The position numbers and the translations under genes are program-made. 64,000 nucleotides of DNA from Perkinsela sp. CCAP 1560/9 (Eukaryota; Protista; Euglenozoa: Kinetoplastea): assembly GCA_965644495.1 (NCBI GenBank), contig CBFFSA010000003.1, positions 62,001 to 126,000 on the forward strand, given 5' to 3'. The notes under the pieces are model-generated. The model was not told where the DNA came from and did no database searches. It worked only from the letters and a program-made list of their open reading frames with translations. Positions 1-11,483 of this stretch are shown piece after piece. Within the stretch, counting starts at the first letter, position 1; every line of letters begins with the position of its first letter.

Positions 1-576
1 ACAATGTCAGATGCATGAAAACAGGAATGGAAAAAGATGTACACCATAAAAGTTCCGAATAGCTGTAAAAAATTAGGAGAAACGTTGGTTAGGAACCGCC
101 TTTCTTCGATTTTCGTATTTAATTTTTAGGGGTAACACGATGAATATTTCAATTATTGACGTGAAAAATGTTGAATGTTTTGTTTGCTATTGTCGACAAC
201 AAATAAAAGTTCAAAAAAATAAAATTTCCGTGCCTTGTAAACGAGAGTCTCGGTGAAAGTTTCTCGGTGAAAGTCTGGATGCTTGAATTGGAGGCGCGTA
301 TCATATTGAGAATCGCGGTGATTCAATCACCCCAAGTCAGCCCCAGCTCATTTCTTTGTCCCTTACTAAGACTAGTAAACTCGCTAATGTTGTCGTATGT
401 GGTGTACGTGCTTGCTCCGGGAAAAAGTGGACATCTAGTTTTGAAGCAAGTTCTTTAAAGCAAGGGAAGGACTCGTCCTTTTTGAAAGGTTTCAGGTTCG
501 TGGACATTGTTTCATCATTTTTCTAGTTGGGCCACCACCCCATTGCACCCCATTGGGCCACCACCCTTGCACGGCG

Positions 577-726
577 GCCTGTCGAAATGCCGTACCGAGG
601 TCATCCAAGAGGCAATGCGCAGCACCTTCAGCCTCTGGTTGAAGCGAGAATCCCCTGAATGGGATGAGAAAACTATAGGCTTGTGAGCAGCCAGGCAGAC
701 GACGTCATATGCGTACGTCTGTCTGG
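577..726 (+). pseudogene. Possible 3' remnant of an REL-type (HERO-like) non-LTR retrotransposon, followed by a hairpin
   Basis: Translates as GLSKCRTEVIQEAMRSTFSLWLKRESPEWDE, resembling the W-L/I-K-R-x4-W C-terminus of HERO-like proteins. Followed by the hairpin ccaggcagacg...cgtctgtctgg (691-726). Confidence 0.3.
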
Positions 727-815
727 TCGTTATTACTCTACAGGTATTGCCCCGTATAGATATATACAGGGCATATAAAGATCTTATATATTATATTATA
801 TTTATAAAGATCTTA

Positions 816-1743
816 TAAACCCCCCACAGCGAATAAGTCACCCCCCTCTTTTTTTTGTACAACGAGGCTTTGGGGGTTGCAGCACCACTTTTTCGTTCAA
901 AATTTTGAGATCTGCACGTTCCCGCTGTTTTTAGACCTCTTCACAGATAACAAATTAAAACTCATTTTTTTAATGACGTTTTCACATAGTCATGCCAATA
1001 TTACCCGAAAAATCTCATGTTCCTCGACCAGGGGGGGAGAAGGGGGTCAACATGAAAATGGTGTCACAGATCTTCGCTAGGGGAACGAGATCTCTCGATT
1101 GCAACAAAAATGATCAAAAACAGATAACAAACATTCAATTTGTCACGTGGTGGAATATTTGTCTTTGATTGGTTCTTTCTTGAAACGGTGATAAATCAAT
1201 TTTTTTAAGATGTCCCCTTTACTTTTTGCTTGAAGGGGCCTAAGGGGGTTAAGATATCATTTTCTCGTTCAAAATTCTGAGATCTACACGTTCCCACAAT
1301 TTTTAGATCATTTTAGAAACTGAAAAAGAAAATTGGTTTTAGGTTCTATTTTTTTGCATCATCATACCACACTAATTTAAGAAAACAAACACTCCGCGGC
1401 CAGGGGGCACAAGTGGGTCAATATTAAAACATAGCGGCAAAGATCTTTGCTAGGAGAACGAGATCTCTCGTTCGCAACAAAAATCAGCAAAAACGGACAA
1501 AAATAATTGAATTTCTCATGGGAGGAGAAGATTTATTTTGTTAAAGTGTGAGAAATTGGTCTCTTGAAAAATGTGAAGAAAGTGATAATCCATCTATCGG
1601 ATGCACGCATTTGAGAGCCTTGGTTCCATGCTATAACGCACAAAGTCTTTGTGTTGGGAACAGCAAAATGCAACAAAAATGAGCTCAAACGGACACTTGG
1701 CTGAAAAGTTAGAGGGGGGTGACTTTTCGCTGTGGGGGGTTTA
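816..1743. mobile_element. Non-autonomous TIR element (MITE), TA target
   Basis: ~33-bp TIRs (TAAACCCCCCACAGCGAATAAGTCACCCCCCTCT / AGAGGGGGGTGACTTTTCGCTGTGGGGGGTTTA) flanked by TA. Two diverged ~370-bp internal direct repeats (e.g. 1068 vs 1441). Confidence 0.8.
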
Positions 1744-1767
1744 TATATCATACAGGTATATAGTATA

Positions 1768-2506
1768 CAGGGGTGTAAATTTGGATGTGGGGGGGTCTAA
1801 AATTTATAAAAATTGGCCAATTTCGGAAAATAATAGCGCATTCGAGAGCTCTCGAACAGGGCTCATGAACGTAACATGACCGAACTAGGCACAAGGGGGT
1901 ATTACCCCCTAGACAAAGAACCCCCAAATGCTATTTGCAACTTTCTAAAGCAATAGCAAATATCAAAAAAAAAATTATTAATTGCCATTATCATCGTTTT
2001 ATCTCAATTACAATACGGCATCGCTTTCGAAAGCTCTGCATGGCATTTTCAGGGGCCTTGAAACGCTGCTTCGATCGCAATGATCAAATCTGCGCGATTC
2101 CGAGGGGCTCAACCATTTTTGAAGTCGCCCACTATGGAAAATAAATTTTTAGAGCGAAAAAGATTGTGTTGTTTCGTAATCGGCAACAAGAACCATGCAC
2201 CAGCTTGCTTTTACGTGCCCAGGCGAAGAATAAGCCCTTTCGTAGTCTTTGTATTCGGGCGATCGCCCACAACCCCGTCTTTGTTGCATGAATCAGGGGA
2301 GAAATCAGAAAACCTGTGAAAAATGCAAGATTTTGTCTCCCAAAAAAATGAGTTTTTTATGTGCACTTGAAAATCTAATTAACGCAGATGCCGTACATGC
2401 ACGTTCATGAGCCCTGTTCGAGGGCTCTCGAATGCGCTATTATTTTCCAAAATTGGCCAAGTTTTACAAATTTTAGACCCCCCCCACATCCAAATTTACA
2501 CCCCTT
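1768..2506. mobile_element. Tc1/mariner-type MITE with ~105-bp TIRs
   Basis: CAGGGGTGTAAATTTGGATGTGGGGGGGTCTAAAA...CAGGGCTCATGAACGT at the left end is inverted at 2401-2506. TA flanks, no coding capacity. Confidence 0.85.
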
Positions 2507-2804
2507 TATGATATATTATATATATGATATATTATATGTATATATTATATACATCTGAGCATTGCCCCTCTGTACAGCCCCCTCCCCCCATGAAAACCAT
2601 TTTCATCAATTTTACAACGTTTGGTTGAATAATCAGAGCGATACGCGTGTAACACAAAAAAAGGACCTTATAAGTGTTCGTCATACCTTTCGCACTCGAA
2701 TTTGCTCCAAAAAACGTGACAGGAGTTTTCTAAAAGACACGGTATGCGTCGGTACTGTAGAAAAATTCTGTATTCATTAGGTTTTGAGTGTTTATTTCCC
2801 ACAC

Positions 2805-5012
2805 TCATGTCTCACAAAGATGCATATTCTGAAACACGTATCGCGAGAGTGCTCTAATAAGGGGGTATGGCAAGTGATCTCTTATCATTTCAGTAGTAAC
2901 AAGTATCTGGTTGTACTCCTCAGTACTTACCCTTCTTGCAGTGTAGAGAGTGTCGTATGAAAGTGGAGAAGAATTCACCATTAAGAAACTTCCCCAGTTT
3001 GCACGTTCCCATTCTCGTTCTTGAATGCCAAATGATTTGAAGCGATCGCTTTTTTCCGCAATCTTGTCAAGCTGGAGCATATTATCGGGAGGACACATTG
3101 GAAGATTTTCACCAGGAACCATATTTATAAGAGACTTCGCAAGAGCTTGAGATTCTGCCGAGGCATGTGTACTCACGCCCAGATCATCCCCAAATGACTC
3201 TTCTGTGGCATTATACAAAAAGTTCGACTTGTGAGCTCTACAACACGTCAAGAGAATTTGATACTTTACGCATGCAGCGTGAGAGATAGCAACAATGAGT
3301 TGCCTTTGTAATCTATTCACAGTCGACTGACTTAGGCGAGGGACAATATCTTTACCGAAAGAGACGGCCTTGACGTATGAACTCGCGTGTCTTGCGAGCA
3401 CTGGACTTAAGAGACCGCCAGGGGGAGCAAAGGCAAGTGCAGTGACACGAGACCCTAGTAATGGATATCGCTGTCGTAATACAGTTGCAATAAGAGTAGC
3501 CACTCCGGCACCCAGTGAATGACCCAATACCACAATTTTGTATCCGCAATATGGAAATTCACTCATTATTTGGTGAAGTACCCCGGCATCCTCCAATACC
3601 TGTATCACATTATTTGCCGCTTTCAACATTCCGGAATGAGCATACGTATCAATAGTAGGCCAATGCTTTTCAATTTTCTCTTTTTTAAACTCAGGAATTT
3701 CAATAGGCTGTGATACACCATTAATGGGACACTCCGCGGGCTGACAATAAACATCTGTGATACAATCCGCCAGGCTTGTCGTGCCTCGTATGGCAATAAT
3801 AATCTCCTTTCGACTCTTAAGCGTGGCGACATAAAAAGAAGGCAAGCATATGCGATTCCCAAACCAGCAGTACAGCACTTCACTGGGAGACAGACCTGTG
3901 CAGGCAAGCATGGCGTTGATATCCATGGGGGAAACGGGTGACCTTGAGCGCACGCTTCCTGACAAGCAGGAAAATTTGGAATACACGAACTGTCGAAAAA
4001 GCGTCAAGGGAGCAAAAAAACCGTCCCTCCACCAATATAAAATCGAACCGTAGGCTCCAAGAAAGTATTTCACATATTCGTGCATGTCCCGTGCGTGCTG
4101 CATCAAAGGGTTGATCTCTTCGTGCGACGGAGTTGTGGAGCCAAGTAAACCTTGCCGCCGTTGTAGTGCGTTGAGCAGAACGAGCCCTGCGGCAACATCC
4201 GAGGGAGAGACGTCCACGTCACGAAAAACCTCCAGTACGGCACTCGAGGCGTGATGGAGTGCGTCCACGTCCTCATCGAATCGTATCGACGATGTCGCTT
4301 CCTGGGAAAGCGCATCATACCATAGCCAATGTAAAAATCGGACGCTGGGATGCCTCAACTTGGATGGCTGCATTTCTGTGGGAGCCACTTGAATCAAACT
4401 CATGGAGGACTTCCCGTGCCCGTAGAAGTTGACCCAAAGCAACATGTAGAATGCGGGAACGATAGAAAAGATTCCATTGCCAATAAGACAAAGTGTCATG
4501 AGGCGAGAGCACGAGCTATCATAGGTGGTTGTGTTCAAAGGTGAGAAGGACCATGACTGCAATACGCCGTACCACCCAAGTATGCCGCTCAACACGATCA
4601 GGGGAAGAAGGAGATTCAGAAAGACCGGTACGAGGCGGCGTTTGGAGGGCTCGAAAGGAAGTCCACGCGAACTAAAAAATGTGAGCCCTATAAAGCATAA
4701 GAACTGTCCAGCGATAAGAATACCACTGCATAAAAAATATGTCTTGATAGAATTGTCTAAAATGATACTGAGAGGCCGATGCTCACTAGTATTCTCTGAC
4801 TCTAGTGACGGAGAGAACGGAATTGAATTCCTCTCACGCGTATCAAAAAGTTGAGTTTGACCGAAATCCGACTGTAATTTTACATACGACATAAAGAAGT
4901 TGAGAAAGAGACATAACCACACGAAGGAAAGTAAACCCATGAGTGCTCCGGGAAGGACGAAATCATCACACGAGATATTCCACCGTCGATGAAGCCAACG
5001 TAGTCTAGGCAT
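2805..5012 (-). CDS. Class 3 lipase, diacylglycerol-lipase-like (N-terminal TM helices)
   Basis: 735 aa with 4 N-terminal hydrophobic helices, IAIRGT, AHSGM, the GHSLG nucleophile elbow, DIVPRL and a C-terminal DH. Confidence 0.9.
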   Translation of the reverse strand: MPRLRWLHRRWNISCDDFVLPGALMGLLSFVWLCLFLNFFMSYVKLQSDFGQTQLFDTRERNSIPFSPSLESENTSEHRPLSIILDNSIKTYFLCSGILIAGQFLCFIGLTFFSSRGLPFEPSKRRLVPVFLNLLLPLIVLSGILGWYGVLQSWSFSPLNTTTYDSSCSRLMTLCLIGNGIFSIVPAFYMLLWVNFYGHGKSSMSLIQVAPTEMQPSKLRHPSVRFLHWLWYDALSQEATSSIRFDEDVDALHHASSAVLEVFRDVDVSPSDVAAGLVLLNALQRRQGLLGSTTPSHEEINPLMQHARDMHEYVKYFLGAYGSILYWWRDGFFAPLTLFRQFVYSKFSCLSGSVRSRSPVSPMDINAMLACTGLSPSEVLYCWFGNRICLPSFYVATLKSRKEIIIAIRGTTSLADCITDVYCQPAECPINGVSQPIEIPEFKKEKIEKHWPTIDTYAHSGMLKAANNVIQVLEDAGVLHQIMSEFPYCGYKIVVLGHSLGAGVATLIATVLRQRYPLLGSRVTALAFAPPGGLLSPVLARHASSYVKAVSFGKDIVPRLSQSTVNRLQRQLIVAISHAACVKYQILLTCCRAHKSNFLYNATEESFGDDLGVSTHASAESQALAKSLINMVPGENLPMCPPDNMLQLDKIAEKSDRFKSFGIQEREWERANWGSFLMVNSSPLSYDTLYTARRVSTEEYNQILVTTEMIRDHLPYPLIRALSRYVFQNMHLCET

Positions 5013-5413
5013 CGTAAATCCGTGTTAAAAGGTTGTGAAGAACTCAGCAGCGTCGAAATATACGATTCTTTTTGTGCTCAAACAATGATTCTGTTACTTG
5101 AAGATTCATACCTAAAAATGTTTAATTAATTCTTGCACTTCTTTCTTTCGCTATGCAAACGTGCCTAGCTTTGCCCCAAATAGAGTGAACAAAGTGAGAA
5201 TAGCGTTCGACGTTTTAGTAGATTTAATACCTCATTGATTATCTAGAATATACAGACTGTACTAGAGCGAATGAAACGTATTGTGCGTATTGTACACCAG
5301 AACGCATACGATAAACTTTGTAGAATAAGTCTACAATATACAGGTAGAAAAATTTTAATCCAAGAAAAAGTAACTGCCAACCATCACACTGACTTTGGGA
5401 ATCTAGAGCAATC

Positions 5414-8400
5414 TTAACTAGAAATTTTCCTGCGTTTGATTGCTTCTTGCGATTCACTAGAGTCTGTGCTTTTCCCAGCCAGCATCACCCTGTTCTCAAG
5501 CTGTGCGCGCACATGAGATGGGTTCAGTGCAATACTAGTGGTGCAGTCACGCACCTTGCAGACTCCAAGAAGCTGATGTGCAAGTTCAAACATTGCGTTT
5601 CGCAAAGACACAATAATAAACTGCGCACAAATGGCCTGATTGAGAACGTACCGAGCCACAATTGCAACGTTACGAAAATCTAAAGCGGCGTCAATTTCGT
5701 CCATGATGTACAGCGGAGTAGGTTTGAAATGGTGGAGTGCAAATACAAAGCTTAAGGATGCCAATGTTTTTTCTCCGCCTGATAGTTGTCCTATTTGTTT
5801 CCAAGATTTTCTAGCAGGCCGCACTGTAAAGTTTATACCATCAAAAGGATCGTGCATATCGACAAGTTCCAAGTCAGCGTCCCCGCCCTGGGTTAACATT
5901 TGATACAGAGATCTCAGACGACTTCGTATGTCCTCGAAGGCAACGAAAAATTCCTTTTTCCTCCGATCTTGAAGCTCACAGACGCTCTTCTCTGCTTCGA
6001 CAGTCTTGTTATGTATTTCTTCGTATTCTGCCTTGGATGAGCGCCACTGGGTGTCTTTTTCCTTCCATCTTGCAACACTTTGCAAGTCAATGGTGTCTCT
6101 CACGCGATCTATCTCCATCTTCAGTTGCTCGGCCAAATATTTTTGATGTTTAAAGTCTTGCCGTGCCAATTCCTCAGAGGACAAACATGTGCTAAACCGT
6201 TTCGTATCTGCATTCGCTAGTTCTTCTACCTTTTCGGAATGGGCTTTACTTCCCTCCGATGTTTCATCAAGCACAACAACTTCATCGCCAAACTCACTGT
6301 AGTTCTCAAATATTTTTTCCTCACATGTTTTAATAGCTTGCTCGTATTTTTCTAATCCTTTTCGACGCTCTTCAATAGCGTCTTGTAGAGATTTAATCTT
6401 TTCTTGTACATCTTGCTCTTCGTTTTCTAAACGTTTCACCTCTGTAATCGCATTTCGCAGTGTATCGTCGCCACGTCGCTTGACCTCAAAAGAGTCCTCT
6501 ATTTCGTGTTCTTTGTCGTTCAAGTTGGATTTAATCTTGTTTAACGTTTTTTGCAGAGCATTGAGCTTCTCAGTCTCAGAGCGTGTAGTAACACCTCTTT
6601 GATTTTCTAGTGACGCTTCAAGATCGTGCTTTTCCCGAAGCTTAGTATTTTTCATACTAGTCAGCTTTGCCTCATTTTTCTTTGCCTCCATGAGTTTTGT
6701 CTCTTGTTCTGTAACAGTTTTTTTATCCTGCTGGATTTGCTCTTGAATGCGCCTGTATTCAGGGCCACCGATATCTTCCAATGCTTTATCAAGAATTTCA
6801 AGTTCCCTTTTATATTTTTCACAATCTTGATCTATTTTAAGCCTACGACTAACTAGCGATTCTTTTTCTCCGATTAGTCTTTTGTGCTCAGTAGATTCTA
6901 CAGCTCTCTTTGATTTCTCATAGTTTGCCAGCGCGCTACTGCAAAGCTTTTCGGCTCGGGAGAGATTAAGTGTTTCAGTGCGATGACGCATAGTGGTCTC
7001 TTGTAATTGTCTCCGCAATTCCTCATAAGAGCGAGCACTCCGCTCTTCACTTCCACGAAGATTGGTTAACATTTCCCTTAGCTTCAAGACTTCTGAGTGA
7101 GCGTTCTGTAGTTGAGTTTGAAGATTTTGCAACTCTTGTCGTACATTCTGATTCTTTCTGGTTGGCACGGAGCTTGCGTTCAATCCTGCCCCTTGAGGTC
7201 TCGCTTGACCCCCGCCTGTAACTTGTCCTACAGGATCCACTACTTCACCTGCAAGTGTCACAACTCGGCTACGCGTCTTACCTCCCAAACCAATGGAGCG
7301 GGCCACATGCAAAGTTGTGGTCACTAATGTGTCACGCACTGCAAAATAAAAAGCTGGAAGAAAACGAACATCGACGGGTTTGATTAGATCAAACAGGCGC
7401 GTTGATTGTGAGGGAGGCGCAAAAGGTTGCGCTAATCTCGTGCTGTGCTCTTTCTTTTGATGTGCAAGTACTATGAAGCTGGCGCGACCAATGTCGTTTT
7501 TGCGAAGATGTTGTATGGCCTGTTGAGCAACATTTTCATCCTCAACTACATGATACGTCCAGTAGGCGCCAGCCGCAACACCAGCCGCAATGTCGTATCG
7601 ATCGTCGATGGAACCCAATCTACGAAGTGGACCATAGTAACCATCAATTCCCTGCTCTTCAAGAAATTTCGTAATTTTGTCGTCTCCTTGAGAGGCTATA
7701 AAGTCTTGCTTAATAGCATCAATTTGAGCAACTAGATCTGCTTTTCGCTGCTGTGCGACATCCAAATCTTTCTCTAGCTTCGCCGCCGAGTGCATTGATC
7801 TAAGACGCTTCTGTTCCTCAATTTGCTTTTCAATAGTACATATAGATTGATGAGCAGTTTCTATTTGTTGTCGCATTTCCTCCATCTTCGAATTTTCAGA
7901 TTTGCATTCGCGATGTTTAATTTCAACATTTTCTTGACTCACTCGTAGAGTATCCTCAATGGTATTCAGGGAATTCGTAATTTTGTTGTGCTCCGCGGTC
8001 CAGGGGGCAAGCTGTTTCATTTGTTCTTCCTTTTTCCGACGAATGGGCCTCATTTTCTCCTGCAGGCTGCTTGTCATTTGATCAAATTGGGGGTCCAAAC
8101 GATCTCGACGTTCTGAAGCTTCTTCCATGTTTCTCAGAGCAATCTTTTTGTCCCTTTCAATGTCATCTAACTGAAGAGATATGCGTGACATTTCATCATT
8201 CAATTTCTTAATCTTATCATACTGTCGCTTCTCCTCCTTCTCAGAGTGCTCCAGTTGCATTTTAATGTCTTGAGCTTCCCGCTCATTCGAATCTTTTTGG
8301 GCTTGCAAATCTTGTTGTTCCTTTTGATATTGTCGAATCTGTTTGTTAAGTTTGTTTAAGTTTTCAGTTTCGGCGTCAACCGTATCTTCGAGATTCTTTA

Positions 8401-9208
8401 CCTTACGTTGAACTTCAGAAAGACGATTACCAAGAGCTTTTTCTTCGGCACGTTGAGGAGCAAGCTCTTCTTCTCCGGCAAGAATTTTCAATTGACACAT
8501 TGTAGAAACGATTTTTTGCATCTGGTTGTCTTTGCGAACGTAGGAAACAGCGGCGTTTTTACAGTTTTCCAGGATCTCTTTTTCTTTCCCCAACTTATGA
8601 GACTTTTCCAAGGAGGTAATTCGGTCCTCTTGAAGAACTTCGGCGACCCCGGAGGCCTCACGAATTCCAGGAATGTATTTGTTTGTTCCAATTAAGTCCT
8701 CCAAATATTCAAGAAATCCCTCTTCCCCTTCTTTCTCACATTTTGGGCGCATCAGGGCTATTTGCTCCACCTCACCTTGCAAAATAAGAAAACGGTTGTG
8801 GTCCAAATCAATACCTTTCTCCTTTAAGAAAGTGACAACACTTGCCTGGGACTGTCTCTTTCCATTAATAAAGTATTGAGAACTTCCTGTGTGTTTCGCA
8901 ACCTCGCGAGTAAGACGTATCACTTCGTCAGAATAGCGAAATAGAACAGTGACTGATGCACTTGTACAATCCGGGTGGGCTGCAGACGAATGAATAAGTT
9001 CTCCAAGCTTTTCCAGTCTAATTTTATTTGCTCGTTTACCAAAAACAAAGAGAAGAGCGTCCAGTATATTTGATTTTCCACTACCGTTTGGACCAATAAC
9101 TGCAGTAAATGTTTGGTGAAAAGGACCAATGCGATGTTTTCCAGCATACGATTTAAAATTTTCGACTTCAATGTACTCAATGGAAAGCGCAGGCGTGTTT
9201 TCCGACAT
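5414..9208 (-). CDS. SMC4: Structural maintenance of chromosomes protein 4 (condensin)
   Basis: NFKSYAG, Walker A GPNGSGKSN, the SMC4-typical DLDHNRFLILQGEVEQIALM, coiled coils with a hinge, LSGGEKTL and MDEIDAALD. Confidence 0.97.
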   Translation of the reverse strand: MSENTPALSIEYIEVENFKSYAGKHRIGPFHQTFTAVIGPNGSGKSNILDALLFVFGKRANKIRLEKLGELIHSSAAHPDCTSASVTVLFRYSDEVIRLTREVAKHTGSSQYFINGKRQSQASVVTFLKEKGIDLDHNRFLILQGEVEQIALMRPKCEKEGEEGFLEYLEDLIGTNKYIPGIREASGVAEVLQEDRITSLEKSHKLGKEKEILENCKNAAVSYVRKDNQMQKIVSTMCQLKILAGEEELAPQRAEEKALGNRLSEVQRKVKNLEDTVDAETENLNKLNKQIRQYQKEQQDLQAQKDSNEREAQDIKMQLEHSEKEEKRQYDKIKKLNDEMSRISLQLDDIERDKKIALRNMEEASERRDRLDPQFDQMTSSLQEKMRPIRRKKEEQMKQLAPWTAEHNKITNSLNTIEDTLRVSQENVEIKHRECKSENSKMEEMRQQIETAHQSICTIEKQIEEQKRLRSMHSAAKLEKDLDVAQQRKADLVAQIDAIKQDFIASQGDDKITKFLEEQGIDGYYGPLRRLGSIDDRYDIAAGVAAGAYWTYHVVEDENVAQQAIQHLRKNDIGRASFIVLAHQKKEHSTRLAQPFAPPSQSTRLFDLIKPVDVRFLPAFYFAVRDTLVTTTLHVARSIGLGGKTRSRVVTLAGEVVDPVGQVTGGGQARPQGAGLNASSVPTRKNQNVRQELQNLQTQLQNAHSEVLKLREMLTNLRGSEERSARSYEELRRQLQETTMRHRTETLNLSRAEKLCSSALANYEKSKRAVESTEHKRLIGEKESLVSRRLKIDQDCEKYKRELEILDKALEDIGGPEYRRIQEQIQQDKKTVTEQETKLMEAKKNEAKLTSMKNTKLREKHDLEASLENQRGVTTRSETEKLNALQKTLNKIKSNLNDKEHEIEDSFEVKRRGDDTLRNAITEVKRLENEEQDVQEKIKSLQDAIEERRKGLEKYEQAIKTCEEKIFENYSEFGDEVVVLDETSEGSKAHSEKVEELANADTKRFSTCLSSEELARQDFKHQKYLAEQLKMEIDRVRDTIDLQSVARWKEKDTQWRSSKAEYEEIHNKTVEAEKSVCELQDRRKKEFFVAFEDIRSRLRSLYQMLTQGGDADLELVDMHDPFDGINFTVRPARKSWKQIGQLSGGEKTLASLSFVFALHHFKPTPLYIMDEIDAALDFRNVAIVARYVLNQAICAQFIIVSLRNAMFELAHQLLGVCKVRDCTTSIALNPSHVRAQLENRVMLAGKSTDSSESQEAIKRRKISS

Positions 9209-9637
9209 TGTAAAAATAAATGATTAAAACAGAAATACGTTTTCGAAAAGGATATCAGCGTATTAGATACTGCAGTCAAGCACAGTAAAAACATAGTAGG
9301 CTACCAAACTGCATGTAACTTTGATAAACTGTATCTAAATGGGCACCTAGCGGTTCACACTTCTCATTTCTACTACCATTTTTTTTTTCAAAACTTAACG
9401 TGCAACAGAAACCAATAAAAAATTAGCTTATTTGTTTGATGCACCCGTAAAATATAATAGCCAGGCCATACCACAGTGAAATAGGGTAACTAGATAGTTC
9501 ACATAAAAAAACTGATTCTGAAAACCTTTACAGCTTTCGACTGTTGACAATGAACGGCAAGCGTTATCTACCAGCGTCAAGATGTTGTACACAAACAAAG
9601 TTCGCCTGATATCAAATTTTCAAAAATGGCTGTGCGA

Positions 9638-10264
9638 TTAGCAACAAAAGCATTTCCTGCGTTTTACCTTTTTCGGAACCTGAGGAATCGAACTTTCCCG
9701 TGTGGAGTTTAAGTCAGCCGGTTTTTCACTTTGCACACTCTTCGAGTCTTCTACGACAGGCGATGCAGTACTGGAATCCGGAGCGTCTAAATCAGGGGCT
9801 GTATCCCGAGGTGCTGTAGATTGGGCCTTTATGTTACACAGCTTTCGAATCAATTCTTGATAGTCGACGCAAGATTCATCCTTACAGTCCTCTAAAAAGT
9901 CATTTATTTCTGTATCACTTAATGACTCACCCTTATTTTGCAATATGAAACGAAGCTCTTGTACGGTAATCTTTCCCGTCTTGGACGGATCAAATTTAAA
10001 AAAGCATTGTTCGAGCAATTGAGCATTAACCCTTGTGCCATCTAGCAAATGCGAAATACACTCAAACGCTTCCCACCGAAACTTACTGGAATTATCATTA
10101 TTTAGAAAACCACAAGTCTTCGCCACGTCAGAATAAGAAGGATTTAAACCCAAGGAGTAGAGAGCTGATAGTACGAAATTCATCGGCATGTACTGCTGTC
10201 CATCAGGCTCTACAAATGAAAAGCGTTGGAATACTTCTCGAAGAGAATTTTCATCCAGCGGCAT
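9638..10264 (-). CDS. Calmodulin/centrin-like EF-hand protein with a C-terminal basic-Cys tail
   Basis: FDPSKTGKITVQELRFIL EF-hand, GESLSDTEI, ends KRRKCFCC. First ATG at 10264. Confidence 0.8.
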   Translation of the reverse strand: MPLDENSLREVFQRFSFVEPDGQQYMPMNFVLSALYSLGLNPSYSDVAKTCGFLNNDNSSKFRWEAFECISHLLDGTRVNAQLLEQCFFKFDPSKTGKITVQELRFILQNKGESLSDTEINDFLEDCKDESCVDYQELIRKLCNIKAQSTAPRDTAPDLDAPDSSTASPVVEDSKSVQSEKPADLNSTRESSIPQVPKKVKRRKCFCC

Positions 10265-10603
10265 GCAGTAGTAACGGAAGATCAAAAAATGTCAGTCAAT
10301 AAACATCAATTTGCTATGTAATTGCTGACCCCTTTACCATGCAGGTCGGTGAAAAATAAAATTATGGTTTTGAATATTCTTCTCGTACGTGCTAATCGGC
10401 AAATAATATTGAAGTAAACAAAAACTGCGCAAGAAATACGGAATATACAGATACTAATACATACATGTATTAGTATGTAATACAGTGTAAAGAACACAGT
10501 GAAACCTAGCTAGAACCTAGGGATGCGTAAAAAAGTTGATACAACCACCAGTTATGAGGTTTAAAGCATGAAATGCGCCAGACTTTGCATGTGTCAAATC
10601 TAT

Positions 10604-11335
10604 TCAGTTACATAAGAGGCGTAGAGAAGTTGCAAAAGCATACAATTTTCCATCAATACACATGTTCTGAGTTGCAGCACATGACTCAATAAAGTGAAGA
10701 AGATCACACAGCTTCACAACATGAACCAAAATGTGCTCACCGTCTTCACATTCCTGCTGCGGATGTTGATTTTCCTTCGAATTTGGATCCACAAAAAGGG
10801 TAACAAAACGAAATGTCGTGTTCGACATGCCTGACTCGTATGAGCATACAGGAGAGGTGCTGTCCTGGTGCTTTCCTGGAAAGGGCTTTCCGACGTATCC
10901 CGTTTCCTCTCGAAGTTCACGTATGGCGGCGTTCACAGCACTATCTGAATCTACCAACCCCGCAGGAAATTCAAGACATACCTTTTGTAATGGAGGTCTA
11001 TATTGCGAAACGAGCACAACGCGGGCACCAGAAGAAATAGAATTACTCAAAGAAGGCGTCACTACATTCACTTCAGGTATAATTGCAATGATATCCACAG
11101 CATCAATATCATTGGATCGAGAATGAGTGAAATCGTCAGCTACACTACTTGAAAACGTTTTCGCAGGTTCCTTGGGTGGATGGTTCCGTTCAACGGTTTC
11201 CCACTGACGAATGCTGCCAGATATTGGATCATAATATTCGATAATACAAAGTCGTAGCCAACGCAGGGAACACTTTATAACGCGTGAAACCTCATAGAAA
11301 CCAGAAAGGGAAATTTTTGAACACTGAATCTGCAT
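10604..11335 (-). CDS. Nudix hydrolase, ADP-ribose pyrophosphatase (NUDT5/Ysa1)-like
   Basis: QYRPPL..CLEFPAGLVD and the Nudix box AAIRELREETGY. Confidence 0.9.
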   Translation of the reverse strand: MQIQCSKISLSGFYEVSRVIKCSLRWLRLCIIEYYDPISGSIRQWETVERNHPPKEPAKTFSSSVADDFTHSRSNDIDAVDIIAIIPEVNVVTPSLSNSISSGARVVLVSQYRPPLQKVCLEFPAGLVDSDSAVNAAIRELREETGYVGKPFPGKHQDSTSPVCSYESGMSNTTFRFVTLFVDPNSKENQHPQQECEDGEHILVHVVKLCDLLHFIESCAATQNMCIDGKLYAFATSLRLLCN

Positions 11336-11483
11336 TTCACCGAATCAAACATTTTGGCAATATCTCGATAGTGCATAAATATTTTTAAAAGCATAAACTT
11401 CTAGTATAATCTCCATGTATTCAAAAGACAAAAATAAAAAGAAATCTTAAATTTAAGACTACAATTGAATGGTTTTTAGGGAT

